DNA of 64,000 nucleotides from Octopus sinensis. Taxonomy: Eukaryota. Under the pieces are notes generated by a model. It had not been told where the DNA came from. It did no database searches and saw only the letters and a program-made list of their open reading frames with translations. The DNA lies in contig NC_043006.1 in the NCBI RefSeq assembly GCF_006345805.1, forward strand, positions 66,464,001 to 66,528,000, written 5' to 3'. The position numbers and the translations under genes were made by a program. Position 1 is the stretch's first letter. The number at the start of each line of letters is the position of its first letter. This document shows, piece by piece, positions 51,343 through 64,000 of the stretch.

Positions 51343-52245
51343 GTATATATATGTGTATATATATATGTATATATATATATGTATATACATATATATATAT
51401 ATACATACATACATATATATATATAGATTCATATATATATATTTGCGTCTTTACATAAGTACACATGTGCCCACACATATGTACGTATTTGTGTGTGTGT
51501 GTGTTTGTATATATATATACACGCACGACCACTCACACACATATATATGCATACTCACTCAAATAGTAAGGGCTAATTCTTTAAAAATATATAGATATAT
51601 ACGTATATTTGTGTCTATTTGTCTGTGTACACAGACGCACAGAGACACACTCCCGCGCGCGCACAGACACATCTCAATATGTACATATATTTCTGTCGTA
51701 TGTGTGTGAGTGTGTACGTGTGTATGTAAGTATGTGACAACCACCGGCTCGCTAATGACTATGGTGTTTGCGGTTTGCTAACAGCTTGTGGCGGGAAAAC
51801 AATGCAACGAGATAGACACGCCATTATATTTGATTGAGAACGTTGTCGTTTATAGGAAAGTAGATTATAACTTAAAATTGGGCATTGATCTTGCTGTGAT
51901 TCTATTAGAGGCGCGAGGTGTGGCGTAGAGATATGGCTGCGTGAGTAGATATTGTTTGTGTTATTGGTGATGGTGTTAGTGCTGGTTTGTGCGGTGCCAA
52001 AGTTTGAGTGGTTGAATACTTGAAATATCCGCCATTTAATTCTCCCGGTAGATAAGGAGGTGCAATAAAGACTTCTTGTTTCATTCTTATAACTTGAGAT
52101 TGTAGATATCAACGTATGTATATATGTAGGAATGTATGTATGTATGCCTGTCAGTGTATGTGTGTGTGTATATATATATACATATGTGTGTATGTGTGTG
52201 TATTTATATGTGTGTATATATATGTATGTATATATATATATATTC

Positions 52246-52292
<47 letters not shown>

Positions 52293-53670
52293 CATAATCA
52301 GTCACACACATATATTGAGATAGAGGGAAAGAGAGACATTTGAAAGTTTGCGTGTGGGTATAAATATACGTATACGTGTGTCTGTGTCTTTGAGAATAAT
52401 ACTAACATACGGATATCTCTCTCTCTCTTCCCTCTCAATATACATACATACATACATACATATATATATATATGTGTGTGTGTGTTTGTGTGCATGTGTC
52501 TGTGTGTGTGTGTGTATGTGTGTGTATGTGTTTGTGTGTGTATATGTGTGTATGTATATGTGTGTGTGTGTGTGTGCACATAATTGATTTTTTTACTAAT
52601 ATATTCAGAAGTTTTCTGAACTGAGGCAACACTGCCGCGGATCCATACACACCATAATCGTTTTAACTCTCATAATGTTAAGGTAAGTTATTTATGTTTA
52701 GGCAATATCGCACGGTACAACTGAAACCATCAGCACACTTCTCATTCCGTATTCTCATCTGCAACTTTCGGAAGCCTAGCAAATGCCCCTTAGGACGACG
52801 CTGTCGCTCCACAGCCTTTCTTTATACAGCCGCTCCCACACCGCCCCATGTTATTACAAGACAGTACACAGGCACGACTTGTAACGACTACAAGAGAACA
52901 AACTCGCAGTACATGTGCTCCTTGAGATGTGATCACAGTGAAAGCTCTACCGACTTGTCCAGCTTGACTTGCAGTCTCTGTTAGCAGAGCAACATCTCAT
53001 CCAATATCTAATGGAGTGTACTTGACTGGGCAGAAACCTTACTCATCCGGATCTCTGAAGTATCTATTCTACTTCCAAGAAATACTGAAAAAGCTTGAAG
53101 AACGCATTAAGAGAAAAAAAAACTATATTTTATATTGTTATAGAATATATGCACTTTTGATGAATTTCAAACCATTGACACCCACTCCTCACCCGGATTA
53201 TCCCGATAGGTCACCTTAGAATATGTTTCTTGTCCATGTAGAAATCTCTCACACACCCACTCCAGGGTGTCAAAGCTGCAGCACATACCTCACCCACATC
53301 TACGTTGACCACCACAGAATGATGACTAAATAGGTTTCATCTGTTGTCGCTAAGAAATCACTACATCCATAAGACCATTACTGATCATCGGACGTTAAAC
53401 TACTCTTTATCATTCTTTGCCTCAGGCCGAGATGAGGCTTCGCTGAGTAAGCGACATAATTATCCAATTCTTCTTTGACCATTATCGGACAATTAATCTT
53501 AAAGAATCTCTTACTAAATTCAAACACCCGCTTCTCGTATATTTTGCATTAAACATTTCCGTGTTAAATATGATAACTAAAATACTCCGTAATAAACATT
53601 TGGTTTGCTCATAATCAATTTGCCTGGTTTATTATTTTTTTTACTCTTCAAAACGCTTTATCTTTCATCT

Positions 53671-53891
53671 TTTATTTATTTCAATCATTAGAAAGCGACC
53701 ATACTGGGGCAGGGCCTTGAGGAATATTTCAGTCAAACGAATCGACCCCGCTACTTATATTTTTCTAAAGCGCCGTACTTATTCTATCGGTATCCTTTGC
53801 TGAACCACCAAGTAAAAAGGACGTAAACACACCAACCCCAGTTGTCACACGGTGGCCGAGGGAAACACTGACACACACACGCACACGTATG

Positions 53892-53925
<34 letters not shown>

Positions 53926-54106
53926 ATATATATACACACACAAACACGACGGGCTTCTTTCAATTTCAGTTTTCTATATCCACTCAAAAAGCTGTCAGCC
54001 CGATGCTATAGTAGAGGACACTTGTTCAAAATTCCGTGCAGTGGGACTAAACCTGGAACCATATTGTTGGTAAGAAAACTTCTTACCGCACAACCACGCC
54101 TGCACC
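53671..54106 (-). mobile_element. SINE family A (older copy)
   Basis: Collinear head, body and tail. Confidence 0.8.
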
Positions 54107-54303
54107 TATGCGCAAATTTAAAATATCTTCAAAAATCCACGAATAAACTAGGAAATGTTTACTAATAAAAATGGTTAACCAGCTTACTAATAATAACGGT
54201 TTCAAATTTTGGCACAAGGCCAGAAATCTTAGCGGAGGAGTAGTCAATTACATCTGTCACCAGTTCATGACTGGAGATTTTTTATGTCGACTTCGTAAGG
54301 CTA

Positions 54304-54880
54304 GAATATTCTTTTCTACTCGAGGCGCAAGGCCCGAAATTTTTGGGGAAGGGGTGCCAGTCGATTAGATCAACCCCAGTAAGCAACTGTTACTTAATTT
54401 ACTGACCCCGAAAGGATGAAAGGTAAAGTCGACCTCGGCGGAATTTGAACTCAGAATATAGGGACAGACGAAATACCTATTTCTTTACTACTCACAAGGG
54501 GCTAAACACAGAGAGGACAAACAAGGCCAGACAAACGGATTAAGTCGATTATATCGACTCCAGTGTGTAAATGGTACTTATTTAATCGACCCCGAAAGGA
54601 TGATGGCAAAGTCGACCTCGGCGGAATTTGAACGTGACGGCAGACAAAATACCTATTTCTTTACTACTCACAAGGGACTAAACACAGAGAGGACAAACAA
54701 GGAGAGACAAAGGGATTGTGTCGATTATATCGACCCCAATGCGTAACTGGTACTTATTTAATCGACCCCGAAAGGATGAAAGGTAAAATCGACCTCGGCG
54801 GAATTTGAACTCAGAACGTAACGACAGATGAAATACCGCTAAGCATTTTGCCTGGCGTGCTAACGTTTCTGTCAGCTTGC
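54304..54880 (-). mobile_element. SINE family B head-to-tail trimer
   Basis: One head then three bodies; AATACC at 54472, 54648 and 54832 marks the unit boundaries. Confidence 0.9.
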
Positions 54881-54900
54881 TTGAATATTGACCGTAAGCC

Positions 54901-54941
<41 letters not shown>

Positions 54942-55653
54942 TTTTCTTTAGAAAGCGGCAAATATACAAAACTTAACGTAGCGAAATACATCTGGAATCG
55001 AGTATCAGCTTAATAGAAGAAACTGTAAAGAAGGATCCTGCATCGTGTCGGTGATAGGTTTGCTAGAAATAGCAATCAAATCTGACCGATATCTGTATAT
55101 TGTCTTACAAAAGAGTTACGTTCAATAACTTTTTCACTAGATATACTACGCCTTGTCCTAAACACAAATGCTTTATAATCATAGTTCTGTTTACTTAGGA
55201 CAGACATCGGGCTTAACAACTATCAGCATTTGTTCGCAGGACCTGCTTAAAAAAGTAGCCAAATCTCCTTGAAATCAGAGCGCATTGTTTTACAAAATAA
55301 AACGTTACTTTCCATAATTTAGTCCAAGATAGACTACGCCTAGAAACATATACAAGATGGTCCCAAATGGAAGTGTTTTGTTTTTATTGTATATCTGTTT
55401 AGGTAGGATAGATATAGGACGAAACAACAATCCGTAAGTGTTCACAAAACCTGCTAGAAATATCAACCAAATCTCTTTGAAATAACATCTAACAGTGGTA
55501 AGGGGAAATGAAAGGTTATATTGGATGTAGTATTTCCATTGTTCAATATCAACCATTCATCTGAACATGGACGTGCAAGTTGAGACTAGGGATTTTAAGG
55601 AAAGCGGGTTGTTAACTATGTATATAAGTCGCCTCATTTACCGACGTTAATCA

Positions 55654-57479
55654 AAGAGAAATTCTACTGTCTTGGGCCGACTCACTAGCGAAAAACTACA
55701 AGAGAAAGGTTACCGTCTTGGGCCGACTCACAAGGAAATGCTATAAGAGAACGTCTACCGTGTTTGACCGACTCCCGAGAGAAAGGCTACAAGAGAAATG
55801 CTACTGTCTTGAGCCAGCGTCACAAGAGAAAGGCTGCTGTCTTGGGCCGACTCACAAAAAAATGCTATAAGAGAAAGGCTACCGTCTTGGACCTACTCAC
55901 AAGGAAATGCTATAAGAGAAAGGCTACCGTCTTTGGTTGATTCACGGGTGAAAAGCTACCGTCTTGGGCCGATTCACAAGCTAAGAGAAAGACTACCGTC
56001 TTAGAGGTAACAGAAAGGCTGCCGTCTTGGGCTGATTCACAAGGAAAGAGAAAGGCTACCGTCTTAGGCCGACTCACAAGAGAAAGGCTGCCGTCTTGGG
56101 CCGACTCGCAAGGAAATGATATAAGAGAAAGGCTACTGTCTTGGGCCTACTCATAAGGAAATACTATAAGAGAAAGGCTACTGTCTTAGGGTGACTCACC
56201 AGAGAAAGGCTGCCGTCTTTGGCTGACTCACAAGGAAATGCTTTAAGAGAAAGGTTACCGTCTTAGGCCGACTCACAAGAGAAAGGCTGCCGTCTTTGGC
56301 TGACTTACAAGAAAATGCTATAAGAGAAAGGCTGCAGTCTCTGGCCGACTCACAAGAGAAAGGCTACAAGAGAAAGGTTACTGTCTTGGGCCGACTCACA
56401 AGAGAAAGGCTGCCGTCTTGGGGCGACTCACAAGGAAATGCTATAAGAGAAATGCTACCGTCTTAGGTCGATTCACATGTGAAAGGCTACCGTCTTTGGC
56501 CTACTCCCAAGGAAATGCTATAAGAGAAAGGTTATCATCAAAGGTCAACTCACAAGAGAAAGGCTACCGTCTTGTGCCGACTCACAAGGAAATACTATAA
56601 GCGAAAGGCTACTGTCTTAGGCCGACTCACAGGAGAAAAGCTACCGTCTTGGGCCGACTCACAAGGAAATGATATAAGAGAAAGGCAACCGTCTTGGGCC
56701 TACTCGCAAGAGGAAGGCTACAAGAGAAAGGCTACTGTCTTGGACCGACTCACAAGAGAAAGTCGCCGACTTGGGCCGATTCACAAGGAAATGATATAAG
56801 AGAAAGTCTACCGTCTTGGACCGACTCACATGAGGAAGTTTACAAGTGAAATGCTACTGTCTTGGGCCGACTCACAAGAGGAAGGTTACAAGTGAAAGGC
56901 TGCTGTCTTGGGCCGACTCACAAGAGAAAGGTCGCCGTCTTGGGCCGACTCACAAGAAGAAGTTTACAAGAGAATGTTTACTGCATTGGGCCGACTCATA
57001 AGAGAAAAGCCACCGTTTGGGTCGACTCACAAGGAAATGCTATAAGAGAAAGGCAACCGTCTTGGGCCGACTCACAAGAGAAAGGCTACCGTCTTGGGCC
57101 GACTCACAAGAGGAAGGTTACAAGTGAAGGCTACTGTCTTGGGCCGACTCATAAGAGAAAGGCTACCGTCTTGGGCCGACTCACAAGAGGAAGGTTACAA
57201 GTGAAGGCTACTGTCTTGGGCCGACTCACAAGAGAAAGGTCGCCGTCTTGGCCCGACTCACAAGAAAATGCTATAAGAGAAAGTCTACCGTCTTAGGTCG
57301 ACTCACAAGAGAAAGGCTACAAGAGAAAGGTTACTGTCTTGGGCCGACTCACAATAGAAAGGTCGCCGTCTTGAGCCGACTCGTAAGGAAAAGATATAAG
57401 AGAAAGGCAACCGTCTTGGACCGACTCACAAGAGGAAGGCTATTAGAGAAAGGCTACCGTCTTGGGTCGACGTCACAAG
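55654..57479. repeat. 1.8-kb compound minisatellite (32-bp unit aaaggctaccgtcttgggccgactcacaagag mixed with 13-15-bp sub-units)
   Basis: Dozens of variant units; sub-units aaaggctacaagag and gaaatgctataagag. Confidence 0.95.
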
Positions 57480-58103
57480 TTTTGTTGTCAACACTCAGAG
57501 CTGGAAAAGGTTCAACACCTGAACAATTCTACCAATCAGCCGCTCGGGATTTGAAAGATGAAATGGCGAAAGACGACCTCGGTGAGATTTGAATTCGGAG
57601 TGCAAATATTCAAAACAAATACCACAAGGTATTCTAGACAACATTCTACCGATTCCACTTATATGTTGGAATACAAGAGAGTATTGTTACGGGGACTAAG
57701 ACAGCGTGAGCAAAGATCAACTGGAAAAGTGCTGACCTGGGGTTAAACAGCAACAATGGCAACGACCATCTCTACACAGCCATTGTACTTGCTCGAAATA
57801 ACAGCCACATCTCTCTAAAATAAAAACTCTGTTATCTCAAAAGGCGGACCAGCAAAGTGGAAAAAGTAGCCATGGAGAAAGTGTAGCCGGACCAAATACA
57901 GGAGAGTCAAAAGCCCAGGTTGGAACTTCCTTAATCTTAAGTCTGCTAGAACACAGCTGTTCTGCAGCTAAGCAACGACAACAGTAGCAACAGCAGAAAC
58001 AACATTCGGAACACTAGTAGCAGCAGTAATGTTGAGCAGCTACAGCACCGTCTTTGAATTTAGGTTGCTAGATCAGGACTGATCACCTGTTCATTAATAT
58101 AAC

Positions 58104-58402
58104 TGGCGTTCCGTCGCTTACGACGATATGGGGTCCAGTCGATCTGATCAACGGTATAGCCTGCTCGTGAATTTAACGTTCATGTGGCTGAACACTCCAC
58201 AGACACGTGTACCCTTGATGGTGTTCACAGGGAGATTCAACGTGACACAGAATGTCACAAGGCTGCACCTTCGAAATACAGCTTAGTGGATTGGAGCAAC
58301 GTGAAATAAAGCGTCTTGTTCAAGGAGACAAGGCGTTGCCGGAAATTGAATTCTCAACCTTACGATCGCGAGCCGAATGTCCTAACCGCTAAGCCACGCG
58401 CA
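58104..58402 (-). mobile_element. C-group SINE with tail T2
   Basis: Same head/core/tail combination as 23937-24269. Confidence 0.72.
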
Positions 58403-58658
58403 TACACTTCTTAACAACAATAGCAACAAAAATAAAAGAAAGAAAACGAACAAAAACAAGAAAAACGAAGAGAAGAGTGACAACAGCAATTTAAAAAAAA
58501 ACATTGACTTCAATAAATGTGATATTTAAATGGCTGAATAAATGTAGGAATGGTCACTATTCGAACACATTTGAACTGAACCGGACTTAAAAAGCAGCAA
58601 CAACAACGATAACAACAACAACAACGTCGACAAAAACCAACAACAACTAATTGTTCTA

Positions 58659-58978
58659 TCAACGATTAACCAGAGATGATTTTTAAAATGAGAATATCTG
58701 AAATAAACTCAAAAGCTCTCACAAATGAGAATACTGAAAATGAACCTAACCGCTCACAAAAATGAAGTAAAATAAAACAGGAAAAATAATCCAGAATCTT
58801 TGTCCAGTACCGAATCAATCCTAAAATCTAATCACTTCGTGCCAGTCACGAGGCCAATTATCCCTGAAAGTTTTATTGGAATCCATCCAGCGGTTCTTGA
58901 GATATCTTGTCCACCGACGGACAAACAAATACAAATTGAAACACAATATCTCTGTCTTAGCAAAGGCAGAGGTAATAA
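58659..58978 (+). mobile_element. Second HINE/DINE-1-like copy (5' end missing)
   Basis: Collinear with 28350-28679; decayed terminal palindrome ...tctctgtcttagcaaaggcagaggtaataa. Confidence 0.72.
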
Positions 58979-59396
58979 ACGTGATTTTTAAATGGTTGAA
59001 TAAATGTCGAGGTGGTCACGACTGGTACACCTTTGAACTGAGCTGTATCTAAACAACAGCAACAAAAGCAACAGGCTACGCACTCTGCATTTAAAATAAA
59101 TTCATATTTACGTCAAGTTCGTCTGTTAGATGCTGGGTTGTCCAATGGCCACCGACAACCGAAGCTGTTATAAATGGCGATATGAAATAGCAATAATCCT
59201 GTATTGGTATTCAGTGCCAGCTCTATATATCATAATAAAACTACAGATTATTCCTTTAACAAGATATATGATGTAAGTATCTATGCTTGTGTATATAAAT
59301 ACATATATATATATGCATACATATATATATATACATACATACTACATACATACATATATATCCACATACACACACACACACACACATATATATATA

Positions 59397-59439
<43 letters not shown>

Positions 59440-59461
59440 TATACATATATATAATATATAT

Positions 59462-59539
<78 letters not shown>

Positions 59540-60946
59540 CATATACATATGTATGCATACATACAGACACATACCCACACGCACACGCACACATCTTTTC
59601 GTGTTATATATATATCTTTACACTTATAAACATATACAGGCATGTGTGTGTATGTATATATATATATATATATATATATGAATTTTTTTGTATACTATTG
59701 TATCCGTATATGTGAGTATGCGTGTGTGTGTGGTGTGTGTGTGTGTGTGTGAATATGTGTTATGTGTGTGTGTGTGTGTGGTGTGAATATGTGTTATGTG
59801 TGTGTGTGTGTGAATATGTGTTATGTGTGTGTGTGTATGGGGACCGTAGTATATTTCTGGCTCTCTTTGACGAGCGATAATTGAAAGTTAGAGGAAAGAA
59901 GCAGTGTTAAAACTGAAGAACTGGGAATTTGCAGGAATCGCAGCGAAGAAAGTGAGCCGTTTGTCGTGCTGTCGTTTCTGGAAACAATATCAGAGAAATG
60001 CACATGAGGGGGAAAATGTAGTTAATGGCGTTCCTTTGTCAAGGGCTCAAATAATTTATTCGCGTGAAATGTTCGCCTCATGTTACCCATCAATTGTTGT
60101 TGTTGCGGTGTTGTTGCTGTTGCTGTTGTTGTATTCGTTACTTAATCCTCAACTGAGCCCAGATCGAGCAGACAAGTTCTATAAAAGTTTTCTAGCTTTA
60201 ATCATCTCACATCTCACATTATCTAGTATTACTTTCTTCAAAGTGTCCTTCCGATTATCAAGACGGTTGGCTTTGATGTGAGGTAATTATATTGTTGTCT
60301 CTATCATATCGAGCGACCACGGAAAAAGCCTGTCTGTTGATTTGTAAATAAAAGTTAAAATATTGCTGTTGTACTTATTTAACCCTCGGTCAAATTTTTT
60401 TAAATATATCTTAGATCAAAGCGTTCCAGTTATGACCATCTGATCATATTCCTAAGCAATGTATTCTGCTCTACATTACCTGAAGTCATGGAGGAAATCA
60501 TTCAATGTGTTGATCAAGTGATTTAGTATATCACCGTTTTGTAATACATCAATCAACATGTATGTCCTATTGTGAGATTTATACTGGTCGCATAACAGAT
60601 CTTTAATCTTCTTATAACAGTATTATGTAGTTAGGTCGTAATCATAAATTTAGCATACAGAGGTGTTTAATCTTATGATTTGTACTGGACAAAGCATTAA
60701 ACTGCAGCCAACTTTTTGCGCATGAGGCCACTATTTAGACTCCATTAAGTAAGAAAGGTGACCTTTTCGTGTCATACCGACTCATAAAAGCCAGTTTCCC
60801 GATTTTCCTGGCGTATAAATTCTGCACATGGACGGTCCGTCGCATGATTACTCATTCTTGCCAGCTGAGTGGCCCGGAACAACGTGAAAATCTCAAGACA
60901 GGTACTACCAGCCGTGGTCAGGTGGACATAAGACTAATGGAATTTA

Positions 60947-61044
60947 AGTGGAGGCGCGTGGGTTAGTGGTGTGTGTGTTTTGGACTCATGATCATAAGCT
61001 TGCAGTTTCAATTCCTGGATCGGGCGTTGTGTTCTTGAGCAAAG
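60947..61044 (+). mobile_element. C/D-group SINE head fused to an RTE LINE fragment
   Basis: gtggaggcgcgtgggttagtgg...tttcaattcctgg...gttgtgttcttgagcaaag runs directly into RTE coding sequence. Confidence 0.65.
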
Positions 61045-61600
61045 TATTGTTTCATGGTGAGCTGGAAGATGGCAGTAGTCTAGAGCATAAGCCTAAACTA
61101 AGGTTTAAGGATTGTCTTTAAAATGTTCTAATACAGACAGGAATTGCAGCTGGTAATTGGGAGAGGGTGGCAAAAGACCATGATGGATGGAGGAAGATAG
61201 TGCATGATGGTTGTTCAAAGTTTGAGAGGGAGAGAGTGAAGTATGAGAGAATTAGGAGGGGGTTTAGAAGGGGGGGGGACCTGTGGAGAGTGAGAGAGTG
61301 TTTTTATGTGTGTGGTTTGTAGGCGGAGGTGTTAGAGTCGTGCAGGCCTGGTGAGCCATCAAAATTCTCATAGAAATCGACGGATGATAGACAATGATGT
61401 GGTTATTAAAATTCATAACAGAACAGAACATGTGTAAAATGTGGAAGGGTGTGTCCATCAGCTGGAGGTCGAAAAAGACATGTTAAAGGAGTGTATATGG
61501 TGGCACCTGTTTCTCCAGCGAGCTAGCGCAGGTGTCTAGTATGTAATAAAATGTGTAAGAGCTTAACCGGGCTTAAACGTCTGATAAAGGCATCACATGG
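61041..61600 (+). pseudogene. RTE-clade (BovB-like) LINE C-terminal remnant with three C2H2-like zinc-finger motifs
   Basis: KVLFHGELEDG...KPKLRFKDCL*...NWERVAKDHDGWRKIVHDGCSKFE; CVVCRRRC*SRAGLVSHQNSH; CVKCGRVCPSAGGRKRH; [16 protein letters not shown]. Confidence 0.82.
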
Positions 61601-61693
61601 CAACAATCATGAATCATTTTAGTAAGTCCTCTTGGCAATGGCTTTTCTCGTGTAACGAGGATGCAGCTGTGATGTGTATATATATATATATGT

Positions 61694-61751
<58 letters not shown>

Positions 61752-62224
61752 TATATATATATATATATATATAATTAGTGAATGGAAGAAATGGAGTTGA
61801 ACGAAGATTGTACAGAATTCTTTTATTACATTCTACACATGTTTCAAGGCCACAATTTTCCAAATTCTGATTAAATAAGGATACCATATTGCAGCTTTCT
61901 CTTCAGGAAAAACCAGGAATTACGTTGTCAGAACAAAACAAAACAAAGGCGCAGCAAAGCAATTCGAACGAGGACGCTCCTTAAGAGCCATGGGTAAAAT
62001 GTTATCAATGTACGTTGAAATCGGGGGGTTGGTGGGGGTCGACAAAAGGTCCGTTGGAATAAATCCAGGTCAGGCCGCGGTCAAATCTAGTAGGTGAGGA
62101 ATTAATCCATGTATCTATGTATATATATATGTATCTATGTATAGATGCAGTTATATATATATATATATATTATATATATATATATATTATATATATATAT
62201 ATACATCACATATATACAACCGCA

Positions 62225-62450
62225 AGCCAGCAATCAAGCAGGCTTGGGCTTCCAGTCCTATTCTTTGATATGATCAGTCCCCAGAAGTCTTGCTTTCACA
62301 GTCAATGGCATGACCATAAATTCCATAAGGTATGCTTATGATACGGCGTTATTGGTTGGCAGCAATGAAAAATTGTAAGAAGTTCTTGATACTGTTGCAA
62401 AAAATGATAGCAAAAAAACGGCTTGACGAGGAACATAAAAAAGGCGAGAG
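62225..62450 (+). pseudogene. RTE-clade reverse-transcriptase core remnant
   Basis: IKQAWASSPIL (compare VRQGCVLSP.LF) and VNGMTINSIRYAYDTALLVGSNEKL*EVLD (compare INNIRYADDTVLLA.SEEKLQ). May extend upstream to about 61960 across the (TA)n tract. Confidence 0.75.
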
Positions 62451-62712
62451 ACAATGGTTATTAATAAGACAGAACGCAAGGAAACAAATCTAAATTTAGA
62501 TGTGGTAGGAGATAAAGAATAAGAAAAAAAATTGAAGATTTTTTTCTAGGGGCAAATGAAGAATGAGAAAGGTCGAAGTGAAGAATTTGCTGAAATAATA
62601 GAGAAAGCTTAAAACAGCATTTATAATAATGAAAAAGATTCCACTTCAAAAGTATATATATATATATATATATGCATGTATGTGTGTATACAGTTCATAC
62701 TCACACATACAC

Positions 62713-62757
<45 letters not shown>

Positions 62758-62847
62758 TGTATGTATGTGCGTATGTGTGTGTATGTGTGTGATTGTGTCA
62801 GTATTAACTGTATACACACACCCATATCGGTCTGCCTCTCTCTCTAA

Positions 62848-62923
<76 letters not shown>

Positions 62924-63233
62924 CTCTGTTTATTTGATCTTTTGGACTGAAAAATTCCCGCTTTTTCAAACACACACACATATATATGTATGTATGTATG
63001 TATGTGTGTGTATACAGATCATGCTAACACTCACACACAAACACACACATACATGCATATATATATATACGCACACACATTTATATATCGGTCTGCTTAT
63101 CTCTCTCTCTCTCTAAATCTATGTATCTATGTATATATGTATGTATCTATGTATGTATGTATGTATCTATCTATCTAACTATCTATCTATGTGTTTATTT
63201 GATCTTTTGGACAAAAACATTCCCCTTTTCAAA

Positions 63234-63299
<66 letters not shown>

Positions 63300-63761
63300 A
63301 ATATATATATAGATATATATATATATATAATACATATGTTTCTCTCCGTCTATTTTTTCCCACCCCTCTTACTCAGACTCTTCCTAAGTGTGTATGTGTG
63401 TACGCATGCGTAGTATGATCTTACCTTACTCCTCGCGTTAACACATCACACAATACATCTATTTATCTTCCTGCTTCATTTGACATGTCACTACCTCTAA
63501 TTAACCCCATTTTGATTGACTGACAGAGATGAAATGACGGAATGAACAACTTCTATCTTCCCCCTGAGGATGCGATTGGGTGGGGGGCGGAAAATGAAAC
63601 CGTATAATGATGGTGGCAGATCAGGTGGTGATGAGGATGTTGACGGTAGAAGCGATACTGGCAGCCAGTGTGTCAGGGCGATTTGGAAATTAACGTTACT
63701 TTCAGTAATAATGGTGCTTGAATCTTTGTGTTCTTTGTGGTGTATATATATATATATATAG

Positions 63762-63798
<37 letters not shown>

Positions 63799-64000
63799 AC
63801 ATGTATATATATACATATATATATACATACATATATATCTATATATATCTATATCTTATCTGATGTCCTGTACTTCCGTACAATTATTTATATATGCATG
63901 TATATATACATGTAGATGTAGGTACGTACATATATGTTTGTATGTATGCATATATTTTTATTATCTCCCTATATATATAATTATATATATATATATATAT

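Noticed and set aside
56418-57592. Repetitive ORFs (GPTHKRKATVLGRLTR) as a repeat protein
   Set aside because: Unit lengths (32, 14, 15) do not preserve frame; the peptides cycle through all three frames.
59892-59951. 60-nt exon candidate RKEAVLKLKNWEFAGIAAKK before gtgagc
   Set aside because: The acceptor lacks a polypyrimidine tract and the peptide is not recognisable.
62302-62329. Micro-exon with good-looking splice sites (ctttcacag...aag/gtatgc)
   Set aside because: It lies inside the RTE reverse-transcriptase remnant, whose reading continues through the putative donor (IRYAYDT).
63573-63610. CTGAGGA...GAAACCGTA hammerhead-like string
   Set aside because: No stem II or stem I pairing; chance match.

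Overview
AT-rich, repeat-saturated animal genomic DNA. The SINE families and the microsatellite spectrum suggest a coleoid cephalopod, probably Octopus; this is pattern recognition, not a database match. No host protein-coding gene can be supported, so the window is probably intergenic or deep intronic. Nearly all ORFs in the track are microsatellite translations. Real coding remnants are all transposon-derived: (TAA)n-targeting R4/Dong-type RLE retrotransposons (2.1-4.2 kb, 47.2-47.8 kb), CR1/L2-group LINE 3' ends (14.0-15.3 kb), mariner fragments (26-130, 40.6-41.4 kb) and RTE LINE pieces (61.0-62.5 kb). Non-coding mobile DNA includes several tRNA-derived SINE families (labelled A, B, C/D here only), a Helitron, two Helentron/HINE-like elements, piggyBac-type and other MITEs, and a 1.8-kb compound minisatellite. 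There is a 100-N gap at 9180-9279. Most interesting: (1) a well-formed type-I hammerhead ribozyme, plus a tRNA-head/microsatellite/hammerhead-tail SINE-like element with a recurrent inverted tail; (2) a SINE-LINE pair sharing a 3' tail with a covarying stem-loop; (3) five retroelement remnants stacked co-oriented in one TAA microsatellite; (4) several fold-back/duplication structures, most anchored on (AT)n tracts.
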